Source: Gammaproteobacteria bacterium | GTDB lineage: Bacteria > Pseudomonadota > Gammaproteobacteria > Eutrophobiales > Eutrophobiaceae | DNA length: 64,000 nt | Reading direction: 5' to 3' | NCBI GenBank assembly: GCA_965238225.1 | Contig: OZ250183.1 | Location: 1,568,001-1,632,000 of the forward strand | Part shown: piece after piece, positions 42,259 to 53,794 of the stretch | Position numbering within the stretch: position 1 is the stretch's first letter | How the letters are laid out: every line of letters starts with the position of its first letter | Notes under the pieces: model-generated | Told to the model about the DNA's origin: nothing | What the model saw: only the letters and a program-made list of their open reading frames with translations | Databases searched by the model: none | Program-made: the position numbers and the translations under genes

Positions 42259-42519
42259 TTACTGGCTCGTAACCACACTTACAAAGGTGCGACTTTTCGA
42301 TCCCTTGTGTTCAAATAAAACCTTACCTTCTGTCTTGGCAAATAAAGTATGATCATGACCTAAACCAACATTAGATCCAGCATGAAATTTTGTGCCGCGT
42401 TGCCTGACTAGAATATTGCCTGCCAAAACAGCTTCACCCCCATATTTTTTCACGCCCAATCGCTTGGATTCTGAATCGCGACCATTTCTTGTACTGCCGC
42501 CTGCTTTTTTATGTGCCAT
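42259..42519 (-). CDS. rpmA: 50S ribosomal protein L27
   Basis: [16 protein letters not shown]. Confidence 0.98.
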   Translation of the reverse strand: MAHKKAGGSTRNGRDSESKRLGVKKYGGEAVLAGNILVRQRGTKFHAGSNVGLGHDHTLFAKTEGKVLFEHKGSKSRTFVSVVTSQ

Positions 42520-42541
42520 TTTCTATCAGCTCCGGATAAAT

Positions 42542-42862
42542 TTAAGCCTGTTTGGCTGTAATTTTCGTAATGGACAATTCTGTATACGCCTGACGATGCC
42601 CCATCTGCTTACGATGATGCTTACGACGACGAAATTTCACAATCTTTACCTTGTCCCCGCGACCATGTGCGTTTACCTTGGCAGAAACTGTTGCACCCTC
42701 CACATTAGGTGTGCCCACCGTAGTTTTCTCGCCATCAATCACCATCAAAACGTCTGATATCTTGATTGTGTTACCTTCTTCGACATCCAGCTTTTCGACC
42801 TTGACTAGATCGCCTGCTTGTACCTTATATTGCTTACTGCCGGTCTTAATTACCGCAAACAT
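42542..42862 (-). CDS. rplU: 50S ribosomal protein L21
   Basis: [14 protein letters not shown]...KFRRRKH...GHRQ. Confidence 0.97.
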   Translation of the reverse strand: MFAVIKTGSKQYKVQAGDLVKVEKLDVEEGNTIKISDVLMVIDGEKTTVGTPNVEGATVSAKVNAHGRGDKVKIVKFRRRKHHRKQMGHRQAYTELSITKITAKQA

Positions 42863-43079
42863 TAATCTCTTCTCCAAGAAACCCAGAGAACACCTAGGAA
42901 TAAGATTCTAAAAGGTCGCAGATTTTAAGGAATTCACCTTGTATATACAAGTCAAAAGGCACATTAATATTGGTTTCAACCTATAATTTTTAAGGTTTTC
43001 ATGGCAATCTGTCCTCTTCGTTGGCAAAATTTATGGAAATCTGCTCAAACGACTATTTTCGTTAAATCATTTTAATTTT

Positions 43080-44087
43080 GTGAAGCCACTAAAATCAACG
43101 CCACCAGAACAATATGATGCGCACATAGACGCGTTACATGGGCTTATTTATGAGGATATGCAGCTGGTTGATACATTGATTCAGAAGAGCTTGCAATCTA
43201 GTGTCGTTCTCATCAATCAGGTGGGACATCACATCGTAAGTAGCGGAGGCAAACGGCTTAGGTCAGCACTACTTTTACTGATTGTGCGACATTTTGGCTA
43301 TACAGGCACACAGCACATTAATCTGGCAGCAATTATCGAATTTATCCATACAGCAACACTTCTGCATGATGATGTGGTGGATGCTTCTATATTGAGGCGA
43401 GGTCAGGAAACAGCTAATCAAAAATGGGGTAATGAAGCAAGTGTGTTGGTGGGAGATTTCCTCTACTCACGAGCATTTCAGATGATGGTAGGCGTAGAAT
43501 CCATGCGGGTCATGGACATATTTTCAGAGGCAACCAACACCATTGCAGAAGGTGAAGTCCAGCAATTACTCAATAACCATGACCCGAATATAACAGAAGC
43601 CAACTATATCAACACCATTCAAAGTAAGACGGCAAAATTATTTGAAGCGACCGGTAGGCTAGGGGCGATTCTCAGTGAACGTGACTTTAATGACGAAGAA
43701 ACTATGGCTAGATACGGTCTGCATTTAGGCACAGCATTTCAGCTAATTGATGATGTGCTCGACTATAGCACCTCGAATCCTGCGCTTGGTAAGAACATTG
43801 GTGATGACTTGGCTGGGGGAAAACCGACACTGCCCTTGCTTTATGCCCTATGGAACAGTTCAAAAAAGGATGCAAATATTATACGCAAAACTATTTTAAG
43901 TGGCGGCCTAGATGATATCGATGCCATCCGAAACATTATTAAAGAAACTAGGGCAATAGAATACACTGTAGGGCGCGCGCAAGAAGAAGCCCGCCTTGCC
44001 ATTTTGGCATTGGATCGTTGCCTAGAAACGCAATACCTTGATGCCATGATTAGCTTGGTCAAATTTTCAGTAGAAAGACAGTATTGA
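43080..44087 (+). CDS. ispB: Octaprenyl diphosphate synthase
   Basis: GGKRLR, HDDVVD, FQLIDDVLD; divergent from rplU. Confidence 0.95.
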   Translation: MKPLKSTPPEQYDAHIDALHGLIYEDMQLVDTLIQKSLQSSVVLINQVGHHIVSSGGKRLRSALLLLIVRHFGYTGTQHINLAAIIEFIHTATLLHDDVVDASILRRGQETANQKWGNEASVLVGDFLYSRAFQMMVGVESMRVMDIFSEATNTIAEGEVQQLLNNHDPNITEANYINTIQSKTAKLFEATGRLGAILSERDFNDEETMARYGLHLGTAFQLIDDVLDYSTSNPALGKNIGDDLAGGKPTLPLLYALWNSSKKDANIIRKTILSGGLDDIDAIRNIIKETRAIEYTVGRAQEEARLAILALDRCLETQYLDAMISLVKFSVERQY

Positions 44088-44183
44088 GTAAATGGTTTTA
44101 GTAAAAGGTTTCATGCAGATTTTGGTTAATGAATCACTGCTTAAAAATCGCAAAACTGCAAAGTGTTTTACTCGTAAATATGT

Positions 44184-44260
44184 CGGCGTGTAGCGCAGCT
44201 TGGTAGCGCATTCGCTTCGGGAGTGAAAGGTCGGAGGTTCGAATCCTCTCACGCCGACCA
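44184..44260 (+). tRNA. tRNA-Pro(CGG)
   Basis: CGGCGTGTAGCGCAGCTTGGTAGCGCATTCGCTTCGGGAGTGAA...GGTTCGAATCC...CGCCGACCA. Confidence 0.95.
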
Positions 44261-44264
44261 ATTT

Positions 44265-44385
44265 TTAGAAGGTCTTTGCTGGGCACATAGATAACAGTTT
44301 TGATATAAACGGATTGTCCGCTGGTTCGATGCGATCAACCTCTTCATCAAAACAGCCTAACTCATACTTCATAAAACTAACAAAA
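44265..44385 (-). mobile_element. IS481-family transposase 3' remnant
   Basis: Reverse strand FVSFMKYELGCFDEEVDRIEPADNPFISKLLSMCP, resembling the VSFMxYDLGYFD...P..NPF..K.L.M C-terminus of IS481 transposases. Confidence 0.7.
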
Positions 44386-44471
44386 CAAAGGCATTGTTAG
44401 TTTAGCGTTACGAATAATAGTGCTAGTTAATAAATTACACTTTTTTTTAATGGTACGTGCTTTTTTGATAA

Positions 44472-44493
44472 AGAGCGGGTGACTGTTAATCAC
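44472..44493 (+). repeat. 22-bp exact fragment of tRNA-Asn (att-like relic)
   Basis: AGAGCGGGTGACTGTTAATCAC identical to 51760-51781. Confidence 0.85.
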
Positions 44494-46224
44494 CAGTTAG
44501 ATCTGTTTCATTTTTTAACCACTCAATTGCGGTTTGTTCGTCTTGTTCGATTGCCATTTCAACGGCTTTTTTCGCACATTCTAAAAGGTGTTTTGATTGT
44601 TTGCGCAAGTTAAAGGATTCAGTGACTTTTTGCTGTATGTCTAATTGCTTTTCCTCTGACAAGATAGGAATGACTGTTTCCTTCACTTGGTCGGGTCGCC
44701 AGTGCAAAATTATCGAGCCACCTACATCGCGGTTGACTTGTTCTTGTATCAATATTGAGTTCAATACTAATGTTAAATATTCATTATTTACTTTATCGGC
44801 TTTATTTTGAAGCCGAATAATACCGCCAGAAAGGATCATTTTTTGTAATTTGTCTTTTAGATAATAAGCAATGCCTGGTGTGCCATCCTTGCTAAGTAAT
44901 ATTTCACCTTGTTTTGGTTGATGATTTTTTGATTTTTCAAAGGGGATATTGCCTTCCTGTGGCGTAAGTTGATTATAAAGCGACGATGAAATGTGTTTTT
45001 CTGTTGATAGTTCAAATGGACTAATATTACTCACTCGAACAAAGGGTATCCCTCCATAAAGGTATTCACTACTTCCTACCTCGATACATTTTTTTATCCG
45101 CACCAAACTATCCAGCAACTCCCAGCCACCCGAATAGTTTTTTATAGCGTTAATAATCTCGTCATATTTTGGCTGGTAGTATTCTGCATCGATGCGTTCT
45201 GCTTGCCGGGTATCGGAATAGTTTTTAATAAAAGTGAGCTGGTGTTTGGGTTGCCAGTGGGTTAAGCCAAGTTCAGAGAGAGGATGCTTTGGGCTTGGGT
45301 GTATAGTTTTCTGATTTCCTAGTTCCCGAAAATGAAATCATTATTTCAATTTGTTCTTGAAATCATTAGATGGAGTAAATACTCTTTAAAAGGTTGTTTG
45401 CTACGCTTTTATCTGAAAAACTCGTATGTTGTGTATTAGATATGTAAGCACTTTATATCTCGTTCTAAGGATTTTCAGCTAAATACATTTTGTATCTTTT
45501 TTTGTTCATTCAGTTACAACAACAGTAATTAAGCTCTAGATATTTTGGTTCTGTCCAGTTTTTGGTATTTATAGAAAGTATTACAAAAAAGATTTTTCTT
45601 GGTTTCTTACAGAATCTAATTGGAATTATCCACATATTTCCAATGTTACGGTTTCCCTAATAATAAAATCAACTAAATTTTCTAAGTATCGATTAAACAC
45701 CTAATACCAATTTTAATATTTCCTATAGTATTCTGCATTTTGATTTAATTGTTTCATCCACCATTTTTTGATAATGTTAGATAAAAATTTAATAACTGTT
45801 CATTCTCTTGTTCATAAATAACTTGATGTAATTTTTATATCATCAGAAGTCCCATCTAAACCAGTTGAGTCTATCTAATCATGTTGTCCAGTAATTTTAA
45901 CTATAACTCAAGGACCATCATTCCAATTAAGAACAGTGTTTTTAAAAGATATTGCTTTATTTTGGTAGCCACACTAGGAGGCAATTTTTCAAAAAAGATC
46001 AGCGTCTTCTAAAGCACTGTAAAGCCTTTGAAATAACCTTTAAAATAATACAATGTTCATCTTTTCCATTGATCAATTCATTGAATCTATTAATGAATTT
46101 CCTTCTTTTTTGCTTCTTCTATAAACCCTCTACCTCTACTGAAACTAGAATATTGAAAATACTCTGCATCAAGACCTTCGCTTGTCTTTTTTCCTTCTTG
46201 AAAATATATTGTCTGACGTTGCAT
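44486..46224 (-). pseudogene. Restriction-modification specificity (HsdS-like) subunit, 5' half fragmented
   Basis: Intact 3' TRD ORF 44486-45118 (GIPFVRVSNI, EILLSKDGTPG, IPILSEEKQ); ERIDAEYYQPKY near 45190; GLDAEYFQ near 46160; many stops/indels between. Confidence 0.75.
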
Positions 46225-46225
46225 C

Positions 46226-48293
46226 TTATCCGTCCACCCAAAACGACAGATTTTCACTTTTCGCCCATTTAATAAAGGCTTCGGCTATGCCGTCTTGTAA
46301 TTCACTATCGTGATTATGCAGGTCATGGTCAACGATTAAATGCCCATTTTTATCCAGTTTGTACTGACCATTGCCGTTTTTAACATAGATATAATCGCCA
46401 GAATTATCTTTACCGCCTTTTTCAGATACCGCAAAAAAGATAGGATAATCATCCACTTTAGGGCAAAGCTCATCGTGCCATTTTTGCACGAATAAAACGC
46501 TGGTTTTTGTGCCGGTATGCGGTTTGAAGGTGTTGCCATGTAAACCGACTACGCCAAGAATACGCCCATGTTGGGCGATAAATTCGCGTATATGTTTATC
46601 AGAGGTATTGTTAAATCTGCCTTGTGGTAGAACAATCGCCATGCGCCCACCAGGCTTGATAAAATCAAGATTTCTTTCAATAAATAAAATATCTCGCCCC
46701 ACTTTGCTTTGCGCTTTTTTACCGTCTGCTTTAAAACCCAGCTCGTATTGGTGCAGAATACGGTTTTCTTTTATATCGCCAGCAAAAGGCGGATTTGCCA
46801 TGAGAATATCAAAATTAAATTGTTTGTCTTGGCCTTTTTCGGATCGTAGTTTTTCCAATCGTTTAAAACCTTTGCCATAGGTGTTCATCCATTTTTTATC
46901 TTTTTCGGTTTTATCACTCCAACATTAAAGTCTAGTGTATTGAGGTGTAGCATATTGGTTTCACCATCACCCGCAATAAGGTTTAACGTTCGGGCAACCC
47001 TGACCGTTTTTTCATCAAACTCGATACCAAAAACTTTAAGTACATGCCCTTATCTTTACTGGGTATTTCAGCATTGGTAAATAAATGCCCCGTGAGTTTG
47101 AAAATAGTGTGAACAGGAAAACCACAACTGCCAGAGGCAGTATCGATCATATACTCGCCCCGTTTGGGGTTGAGCATTTGCACGCACATATCAATGACAT
47201 GGCGAGGGGTGAAATACTGCCCTTTTTCACCTTTGGCGGATTTATTGACCAAATATTCAAAGGCTTCATCCACCACCAACAAATTAGAATTAAATAATTT
47301 GACATCTTGCAAACTCGACACACAAACCGACAGGTGGCTGTCGGATAATTCAAAACTTGAACCCTCTGCAAACACCCCTGACCATTGGTCTTTGGCTTTA
47401 TCAAACAAGGTTTGAATTTTATTTTTTAGTTCGGTATCGGTTTGCCCTGTGTTTCTAAACTCTAACAGCGGAATTTGTATCATCATTGATACCTGTAAGG
47501 GTATTTTTAATGTTGCTCATAATCCGCTCTATTCGTCATCATCAAGATTTTGGTCAAGGTAACCCTCGATCTTCGTTTTATCTTCTTTGCTATCAAATTC
47601 ATCGTAAAGCTTGGTAAATATCAGTTTAAAAACCTCTTCAAAAACATCGACCCCTGCATTGGCTAAAACTTCATCCTCCATTTCTAAAATAATATCTTTT
47701 AAGGACTTTCGCTCATTAGCAATTTTGTCCTTGATAATGAGGTCTTTTAAGGTAAAGCGTTCATTCAGAATATCCTTTAGGCTTTGATTTGATTTTGGTA
47801 TATCGGTTATGTCTTCAAAATAATTTGGGTCTTTACGGTGATAATGGGATATTTTCTCGCCGTTCGTCCATACACCAATAGGTGCACCAGTAGCGTTACA
47901 GTAAGAGCGAAGCTGATTTTTACCGTCTTTGAGTTTTGGCTTTTTTAGCTCAATAACAATATAGGGGGTGTCGGTACGGTCTTTATCAAAAATGACAATA
48001 TCAGCACTTTTCTTTTCTCTGCCGAAATTGACTAAGTATTCAAAGGCAAGGCGTTTTGCGGGGTAGCCATATTCATTGATTAACCGTGTGGCGTAAAGCT
48101 GGCGGACAATTTCCTCTGGCTTTAGTTGAATATCTTTATTACGAATAACACATTGAATGTATGGTGTTTCTTTACCTCGGATGGTTTTGGTAAAAACTTT
48201 CTTAAGCAATGCTTCAATTTCATCTGTTGAAAATAGGGTAAGATGATAATTGCTGTCTCTAAGTATCGTTTGGATAATGTCTGATTGTGTCAT
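46226..48293 (-). pseudogene. Fused HsdR_N-type nuclease / N6-adenine methyltransferase, split into three ORFs
   Basis: 47529-48293 PEEIVRQ...ADIVIF...IELKK; 46983-47486 GQYFTPR...DTASGSCGF; 46226-46888 ANPPF...GRMAIVLP. Confidence 0.85.
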
Positions 48294-48372
48294 TTATTTT
48301 CCGTTTTATTTGCTCTGTGCCATAAATTGCCAGTTTTTTCTAGCATTCAGTAGATAATACCAAAAATGATGA

Positions 48373-50394
48373 TCATTTTTTAGGTTCTGATAAGCCAAGA
48401 CTATGTTCCCTAAGATGCTGTACCGCATCCCTCAACATAGCTGCTTCTTCAAATTCAAGATTTCGTGCATGAAGATACATTTTTGCTTCTAGTTGCTTCA
48501 TTTTTTTTGCTGCAAGCTCGGGCGTTAAGCTTGAATAATCTGCCTTTTGCCCCGTGACTTTATCGGAGTATTCTGCGGTACTCGGTCGAGCACTGCGGGC
48601 ACCGGCCATGATATCCGTGACAGATTTTGTGATGCCCGTCGGAGTAATATTATTATCTTGATTAAATTGCACTTGCTTGGCGCGACGACGAACCATTTCA
48701 TCCATAGCACGCTGCATCGAACCTGTGACCTTGTCCGCATAAAAAATACCTTTACCATTCACGTGTCTTGCAGCACGTCCTATGGTTTGCACAAGGCTGG
48801 TTTCAGAACGCAAAAAACCTTCTTTATCGGCATCTAATATAGCGACTAAGGATGCTTCCGGGATATCCAAGCCTTCTCGAAGCAGGTTGATGCCGACCAA
48901 TACATCAAATTCACCCAGACGTAAATCCCGTATTATTTCGACTCTTTCGACGGTTTCAATGTCTGAATGCAAATAACGAACTCTGGCATCGTGCTCTTCA
49001 AGATATTCTGTAAGATCTTCAGCCATGCGTTTGGTTAATGTAGTGACCAGCACACGCTCGTTGAGTTTGGCTTTAAGATTAATCTCTGAAAGTAAATCAT
49101 CAACCTGCGTTGCAGAAGGACGAACTTCTACAACAGGATCCAATAATCCTGTAGGTCTTACCAGTTGTTCGACTGTATTGCCAGAGTATTCCAGCTCATA
49201 CTTGCCTGGTGTCGCAGATGTATAAATAGTTTGCGGCATAAATTTTTCAAATTCATCAAACCGTAATGGCCGATTATCAAGCGCGGAAGGAAGACGAAAA
49301 CCGTATTCCACAAGCTTTTCCTTCCTTGATCTATCGCCTTTGTACATGCCACCAAGTTGCGGCACAGTCACATGACTTTCATCAATGACCAGCAAAGCAT
49401 CTTTGGGCAAATAATCAAGTAATGTTGGAGGTGGCTCACCCGCGCGCCGACCGGATAAATAACGCGAGTAATTTTCTATTCCAGAGCAATAACCAATCTC
49501 AAGGATCATCTCGATATCGAATCGAGTACGTTGCTCAATACGTTGTGCCTCAACCAGCTTATTAAGCGCAATAAATTCACTCACCCGCTCTTTGAGCTCC
49601 AGTTTAATTTCTTCGACTGCGTTTATCAGCGTCTGTCTTGTGGTCGCATAATGTGATTTAGGATGGATTGTAATTCTTGGGATTTTGTTAAAAACTTCGC
49701 CCGTTAAAGGATCAAACCATGCCAGACTCTCAATTTCATCATCGAATAATTCTATGCGAATTGCATCGCGCGCAGATTCTGCTGGAAAAACATCAATCAC
49801 ATCACCGCGAACTCGATAAGTGCCACGTTGCAGTTCGATATCATTTCTCGTGTATTGAATTTCTGCCAAACGCCGTAACAAATTACGTTGGTTAAGCTGA
49901 TCTCCCACGCTTAAATGTACGACCATATTCAGATAAGTCTTGGGATCGCCCAAACCAAAAATTGCAGAAACCGTCGCAACGATGATTGTATCTGGCCGTT
50001 CTAACAGCGACTTAGTTGCCGACAAACGCATTTGCTCTATATGCTCATTGATTGATGCATCTTTTTCTATGTAGGTGTCGCTTGCCGGCACATAAGCCTC
50101 AGGTTGATAATAATCGTAGTAAGAAACAAAGTACTCAACCGCATTTTTTGGGAAAAATTCTTTCATTTCCCCGTAAAGCTGCGCAGCAAGCGTCTTATTA
50201 TGCACAAGTATTAACGTCGACCGCTTTATTTCTTTTACAACATTAGCAATAGAATATGTCTTACCAGAACCCGTAACACCAAAGAGGACTTGATGGGCAA
50301 GACCATCTTGCAAGCCCTGCAAAAGACTTATTATCGCAGCAGGCTGATCGCCGGCTGGTCTATAATCTGAAATTAACTTGAAATCTTTGTGCAT
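48373..50394 (-). CDS. uvrB: Excinuclease ABC subunit UvrB
   Basis: [30 protein letters not shown] domain. Confidence 0.98.
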   Translation of the reverse strand: MHKDFKLISDYRPAGDQPAAIISLLQGLQDGLAHQVLFGVTGSGKTYSIANVVKEIKRSTLILVHNKTLAAQLYGEMKEFFPKNAVEYFVSYYDYYQPEAYVPASDTYIEKDASINEHIEQMRLSATKSLLERPDTIIVATVSAIFGLGDPKTYLNMVVHLSVGDQLNQRNLLRRLAEIQYTRNDIELQRGTYRVRGDVIDVFPAESARDAIRIELFDDEIESLAWFDPLTGEVFNKIPRITIHPKSHYATTRQTLINAVEEIKLELKERVSEFIALNKLVEAQRIEQRTRFDIEMILEIGYCSGIENYSRYLSGRRAGEPPPTLLDYLPKDALLVIDESHVTVPQLGGMYKGDRSRKEKLVEYGFRLPSALDNRPLRFDEFEKFMPQTIYTSATPGKYELEYSGNTVEQLVRPTGLLDPVVEVRPSATQVDDLLSEINLKAKLNERVLVTTLTKRMAEDLTEYLEEHDARVRYLHSDIETVERVEIIRDLRLGEFDVLVGINLLREGLDIPEASLVAILDADKEGFLRSETSLVQTIGRAARHVNGKGIFYADKVTGSMQRAMDEMVRRRAKQVQFNQDNNITPTGITKSVTDIMAGARSARPSTAEYSDKVTGQKADYSSLTPELAAKKMKQLEAKMYLHARNLEFEEAAMLRDAVQHLREHSLGLSEPKK

Positions 50395-50469
50395 AAAGTA
50401 TTTGTTAGTAGCGACGTTTCAAGTATATTACATATCCTGTGATGACCAACAGAATTTGAGAATGCAGAA

Positions 50470-51654
50470 TTGGACATAAAACTCTCCCAACGCGCTAACA
50501 GCATCAAACCTTCACCAACACTTGCGGTCTCTGCGAAAGCAGGTCAGTTGAGATCTGAGGGTAAAAATATTATTGGACTTGGTGCCGGTGAACCAGATTT
50601 CGATACCCCCGAGCACATCAAAGAGGCCGCTATTTCGGCACTTGCCGATGGCTTCACCAAATATACAGCCGTGGGTGGCACAACAGATCTAATTCAAGCA
50701 ATTATCCAGAAGTTTAAAAGGGAAAACAATCTGCAATATGATGCGAATCAAATCCTTGTTTCCTGTGGCTGCAAACACAGCCTGTATAACCTAATGCAGG
50801 CTCTTTTGAACCCTAGTGATGAAGTCATTATCCCCGCCCCTTATTGGGTCTCCTATCCCGACATGGCAAAATTGGCAAATGCTGTGGCGGTGATCATCGA
50901 GCCCGGAGAGCAAGACGATTTGAAAATTAGCCCTAAAAAACTACAGGCTGCTATTACCAATAAAACAAGATTATTCATCCTTAACAGTCCATCCAATCCA
51001 ACAGGCGTTTGTTATACGTCGGGCGAACTTGCTGCGCTCGGTGAAATATTAATGAATTATCCAGATATTATTATTGCCACCGATGATATCTACGAACATA
51101 TACTCTGGGGTCTAGAGGCTTTTAAAAATATTGTGAATGTTTGCCCCGAGCTTTACGAGCGTACGGTTGTGTTAAATGGCGTTTCCAAGGCATATTCCAT
51201 GACCGGATGGCGTATTGGTTACGCCGCAGGAGATGCTTTGTTAATAAATGCAATGAAAAAGATTCAGTCGCAAAGCACCTCGAATCCAACCTCGATTGCT
51301 CAGGTCGCCGCACAGGCAGCTCTGGAAGGCGAACAATCCTACATCAGTACGAGTAATAAAATATTCAAAGAGCGTCATGATTATGTCCACAAACAATTAA
51401 ACAAGATTGCAGGCGTAAAATGCCATGCCTCTCACGGTACCTTTTATATTTTCCCCAATTTTCAGGGTGTTATTGAGCGCATGGAAAATATCTCTAATGA
51501 TATAGAATTAGCTCAGTACCTTCTTGAAGAAGGAGGCGTATCAATGGTGCCTGGCTCTGCATTTGGCGCTGCGGGGTACATGCGTATTTCATTTGCAGTC
51601 AGCATGGAAAACTTACAAAAGGGCATGCAGCGAATAGAAAAGGTGCTGGCATAA
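50470..51654 (+). CDS. PLP-dependent aminotransferase class I (aspartate aminotransferase)
   Basis: GEPDFDTP, NSPSNPTG, SKAYSMTGWRIG. Confidence 0.93.
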   Translation: MDIKLSQRANSIKPSPTLAVSAKAGQLRSEGKNIIGLGAGEPDFDTPEHIKEAAISALADGFTKYTAVGGTTDLIQAIIQKFKRENNLQYDANQILVSCGCKHSLYNLMQALLNPSDEVIIPAPYWVSYPDMAKLANAVAVIIEPGEQDDLKISPKKLQAAITNKTRLFILNSPSNPTGVCYTSGELAALGEILMNYPDIIIATDDIYEHILWGLEAFKNIVNVCPELYERTVVLNGVSKAYSMTGWRIGYAAGDALLINAMKKIQSQSTSNPTSIAQVAAQAALEGEQSYISTSNKIFKERHDYVHKQLNKIAGVKCHASHGTFYIFPNFQGVIERMENISNDIELAQYLLEEGGVSMVPGSAFGAAGYMRISFAVSMENLQKGMQRIEKVLA

Positions 51655-51739
51655 GTAGATTTACTTGAGAATGAGCCAATTTTTACACATGCAATAGTTG
51701 ACCAGCATTCACCACATAAGTAACATTCGCAGTTCGCAT

Positions 51740-51815
51740 TCCTCGGTAGCTCAGTCGGTAGAGCGGGTGACTGTTAATCACTAGGTCGGCGGTTCGAGCC
51801 CGTCCCGAGGAGCCA
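51740..51815 (+). tRNA. tRNA-Asn(GTT)
   Basis: TCCTCGGTAGCTCAGTCGGTAGAGCGGGTGACTGTTAATCAC...GGTTCGAGCC...CCGAGGAGCCA. Confidence 0.96.
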
Positions 51816-51954
51816 TTTCTTTTTTAACTTACTTCTAAATACTCACTTCTAAATACTTCATGCAAATTTTTTCCATCCTTATTAATCCATTCTTTCCAAC
51901 CATTGGTAGATGCACCCATACAAAAATCAGAAGCACCGCTCGGCGAATTAAATA

Positions 51955-52848
51955 TTAATAAGCCATAGGCTTTACATCATTGACCATCCGCTCAACCTGA
52001 TGCGCTATTTTGCCAATCAGTTGTTCAGATAATTCCTGCTCTCTTAATTGCGGAAATATATTTTCTGGTGATTTACCATTGTATACATATACTTTTGCTC
52101 TTATTCTCCTATCAATAAACCAACCTACGATAGACAAAACAGGAACCACGCTTATATCCTCGCCAACAGCCGAACTTAGTTCCGTCGATAGCCATCTGGA
52201 AGAAGATTTAACCTGGATAATCGGCTCAGTTTCCTTCCATGACGGAAATTGTAATGATTCACCATCATAGACAACTGTTGCATTATCCTTACCTTTGCCT
52301 GTTAAACTCTTTGACCTCCCTTTTGTCTCTACTGCAAACACACCATTCTTGCCTATAAAAATATGGTCAATATTAAATTTATTACCGGGAATATCATGAA
52401 AAACTTTATACCCTAATGACAGTAGCTTATTTAATTCTTGGCCTGTTGCACGCTCCGCGTCGTAACCAAGCCTTTTGTTTTCTATCTCTTTTAATATGTT
52501 GAATAATTTATATACAAAATAACCCATCATACCAATCGTCGCCAGTGAGTTAATTATGTAACGACTGATTGTTTCAGGCGTTCCGCTGATATACGAATCG
52601 GAAAGATGTATAGAAATAAAAAATAATGGAATTATTATAATTATAAATACCGTGCAAGAATAATCAATTTTTAACTCGTTTATTTCGCGCAGCAGGCTCT
52701 CGCCTGGCGCTCTTAGAATCTTTATTGTTAATGGATTTTTTCTCTTCTTTACTTTCTGTTTCAGAAAATCAACAATGCAAGGCAAGCAAAGAATTACTGC
52801 GATAAGTATTATTGCTGGTATTATTGCTATTAATGTTTTCATTTTCAA
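51955..52848 (-). CDS. Membrane-anchored NERD (nuclease-related domain) protein
   Basis: Three N-terminal TM segments then G..AE...VFHDI...NIDHI.IG..GVFAVETK. Confidence 0.85.
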   Translation of the reverse strand: MKMKTLIAIIPAIILIAVILCLPCIVDFLKQKVKKRKNPLTIKILRAPGESLLREINELKIDYSCTVFIIIIIPLFFISIHLSDSYISGTPETISRYIINSLATIGMMGYFVYKLFNILKEIENKRLGYDAERATGQELNKLLSLGYKVFHDIPGNKFNIDHIFIGKNGVFAVETKGRSKSLTGKGKDNATVVYDGESLQFPSWKETEPIIQVKSSSRWLSTELSSAVGEDISVVPVLSIVGWFIDRRIRAKVYVYNGKSPENIFPQLREQELSEQLIGKIAHQVERMVNDVKPMAY

Positions 52849-53123
52849 TGATACCCCTATTTCAGTTGTTGAGTATTATATTTCTCTATGAATGTACTTT
52901 GCCTGATTTAGCTATTATTCCTTAGCCCTTATGAAATTATGGTAATAGCTCCATGAGAGCACAAAGTTATATTACGTTTCCGCGACATTCCTACTCCCTT
53001 TCCTCGTGGACTTTTAATCATACGCTCCGTATTTATTCAAGCAATAGTTCGTCTCACTGATTTCTAAGAATAAGAAGCCTTTAAGTCATGCGTCTTTTTT
53101 GGTTAATGATTAGAATGAAATCC

Positions 53124-53558
53124 CTACCTTAGTAACATAAGCCTTGGTATGGCATCCTCATTACTAAATACGATTGCGTTTTGTTCATATTGAATGCCCA
53201 GATGCCGAGCTTCATCTTCTGATAAACCTATAGCCAGAAAATTAGGTTCACTTGGCCACGCGCGCCCTGCATCTTGCCCAAGACCAAGAATAATGACGCA
53301 TTTAATTTTATTGAGTGCAATTTCTAAATCATATTGTTTTGCTATATTTTTCTCATCGGTACATGGTTCGCTGCGTGGGTTATAAGCTGTTATGAATGTT
53401 GAACTCTGCGCATCATATTGACGATGTAATGCATCAAGTTTTTTAGAGTGCTCATTTATATGAATAACAAAATGCTTATTTTCTTGCATAACTATAAAAT
53501 CCGTTTTCATATATGCGCTGATTAAATTCTGTGGAATAACTGTAGGAACCATCTTCAC
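53124..53558 (-). CDS. DUF3293-like protein
   Basis: FITAYNPRS...N...WPSEPNF...A..LG..YEQNAIV. Confidence 0.8.
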   Translation of the reverse strand: MKMVPTVIPQNLISAYMKTDFIVMQENKHFVIHINEHSKKLDALHRQYDAQSSTFITAYNPRSEPCTDEKNIAKQYDLEIALNKIKCVIILGLGQDAGRAWPSEPNFLAIGLSEDEARHLGIQYEQNAIVFSNEDAIPRLMLLR

Positions 53559-53794
53559 AATTGGTAGTTTAGTTATATAAACACAGATTCTAGATAACCT
53601 AGCACAGGTAGAATCGGCTTGATTTAAGATTCCAAGGATTTTTGTTAAGAGTATGCTAACGCAGCATACTGAAGTCTATATTTTAAAAATACCAAATTAT
53701 ATTAATAGCTGCGTTTTATACTCGCATTTATCCTTTTGCTTATTATGAAATACCATAACAACCATCTTCCCTTAAGGGCTCAAAAAAATTGAGC

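Noticed and set aside
44067-44261. 64-aa ORF; likewise 57843-58145, 57865-58086 and the 5' extension of 16993-17352
   Set aside because: Overlap or abut tRNA genes; spurious translations
45626-45636. Single TTATCCACA DnaA box
   Set aside because: Isolated match inside the broken S-subunit gene; likely chance
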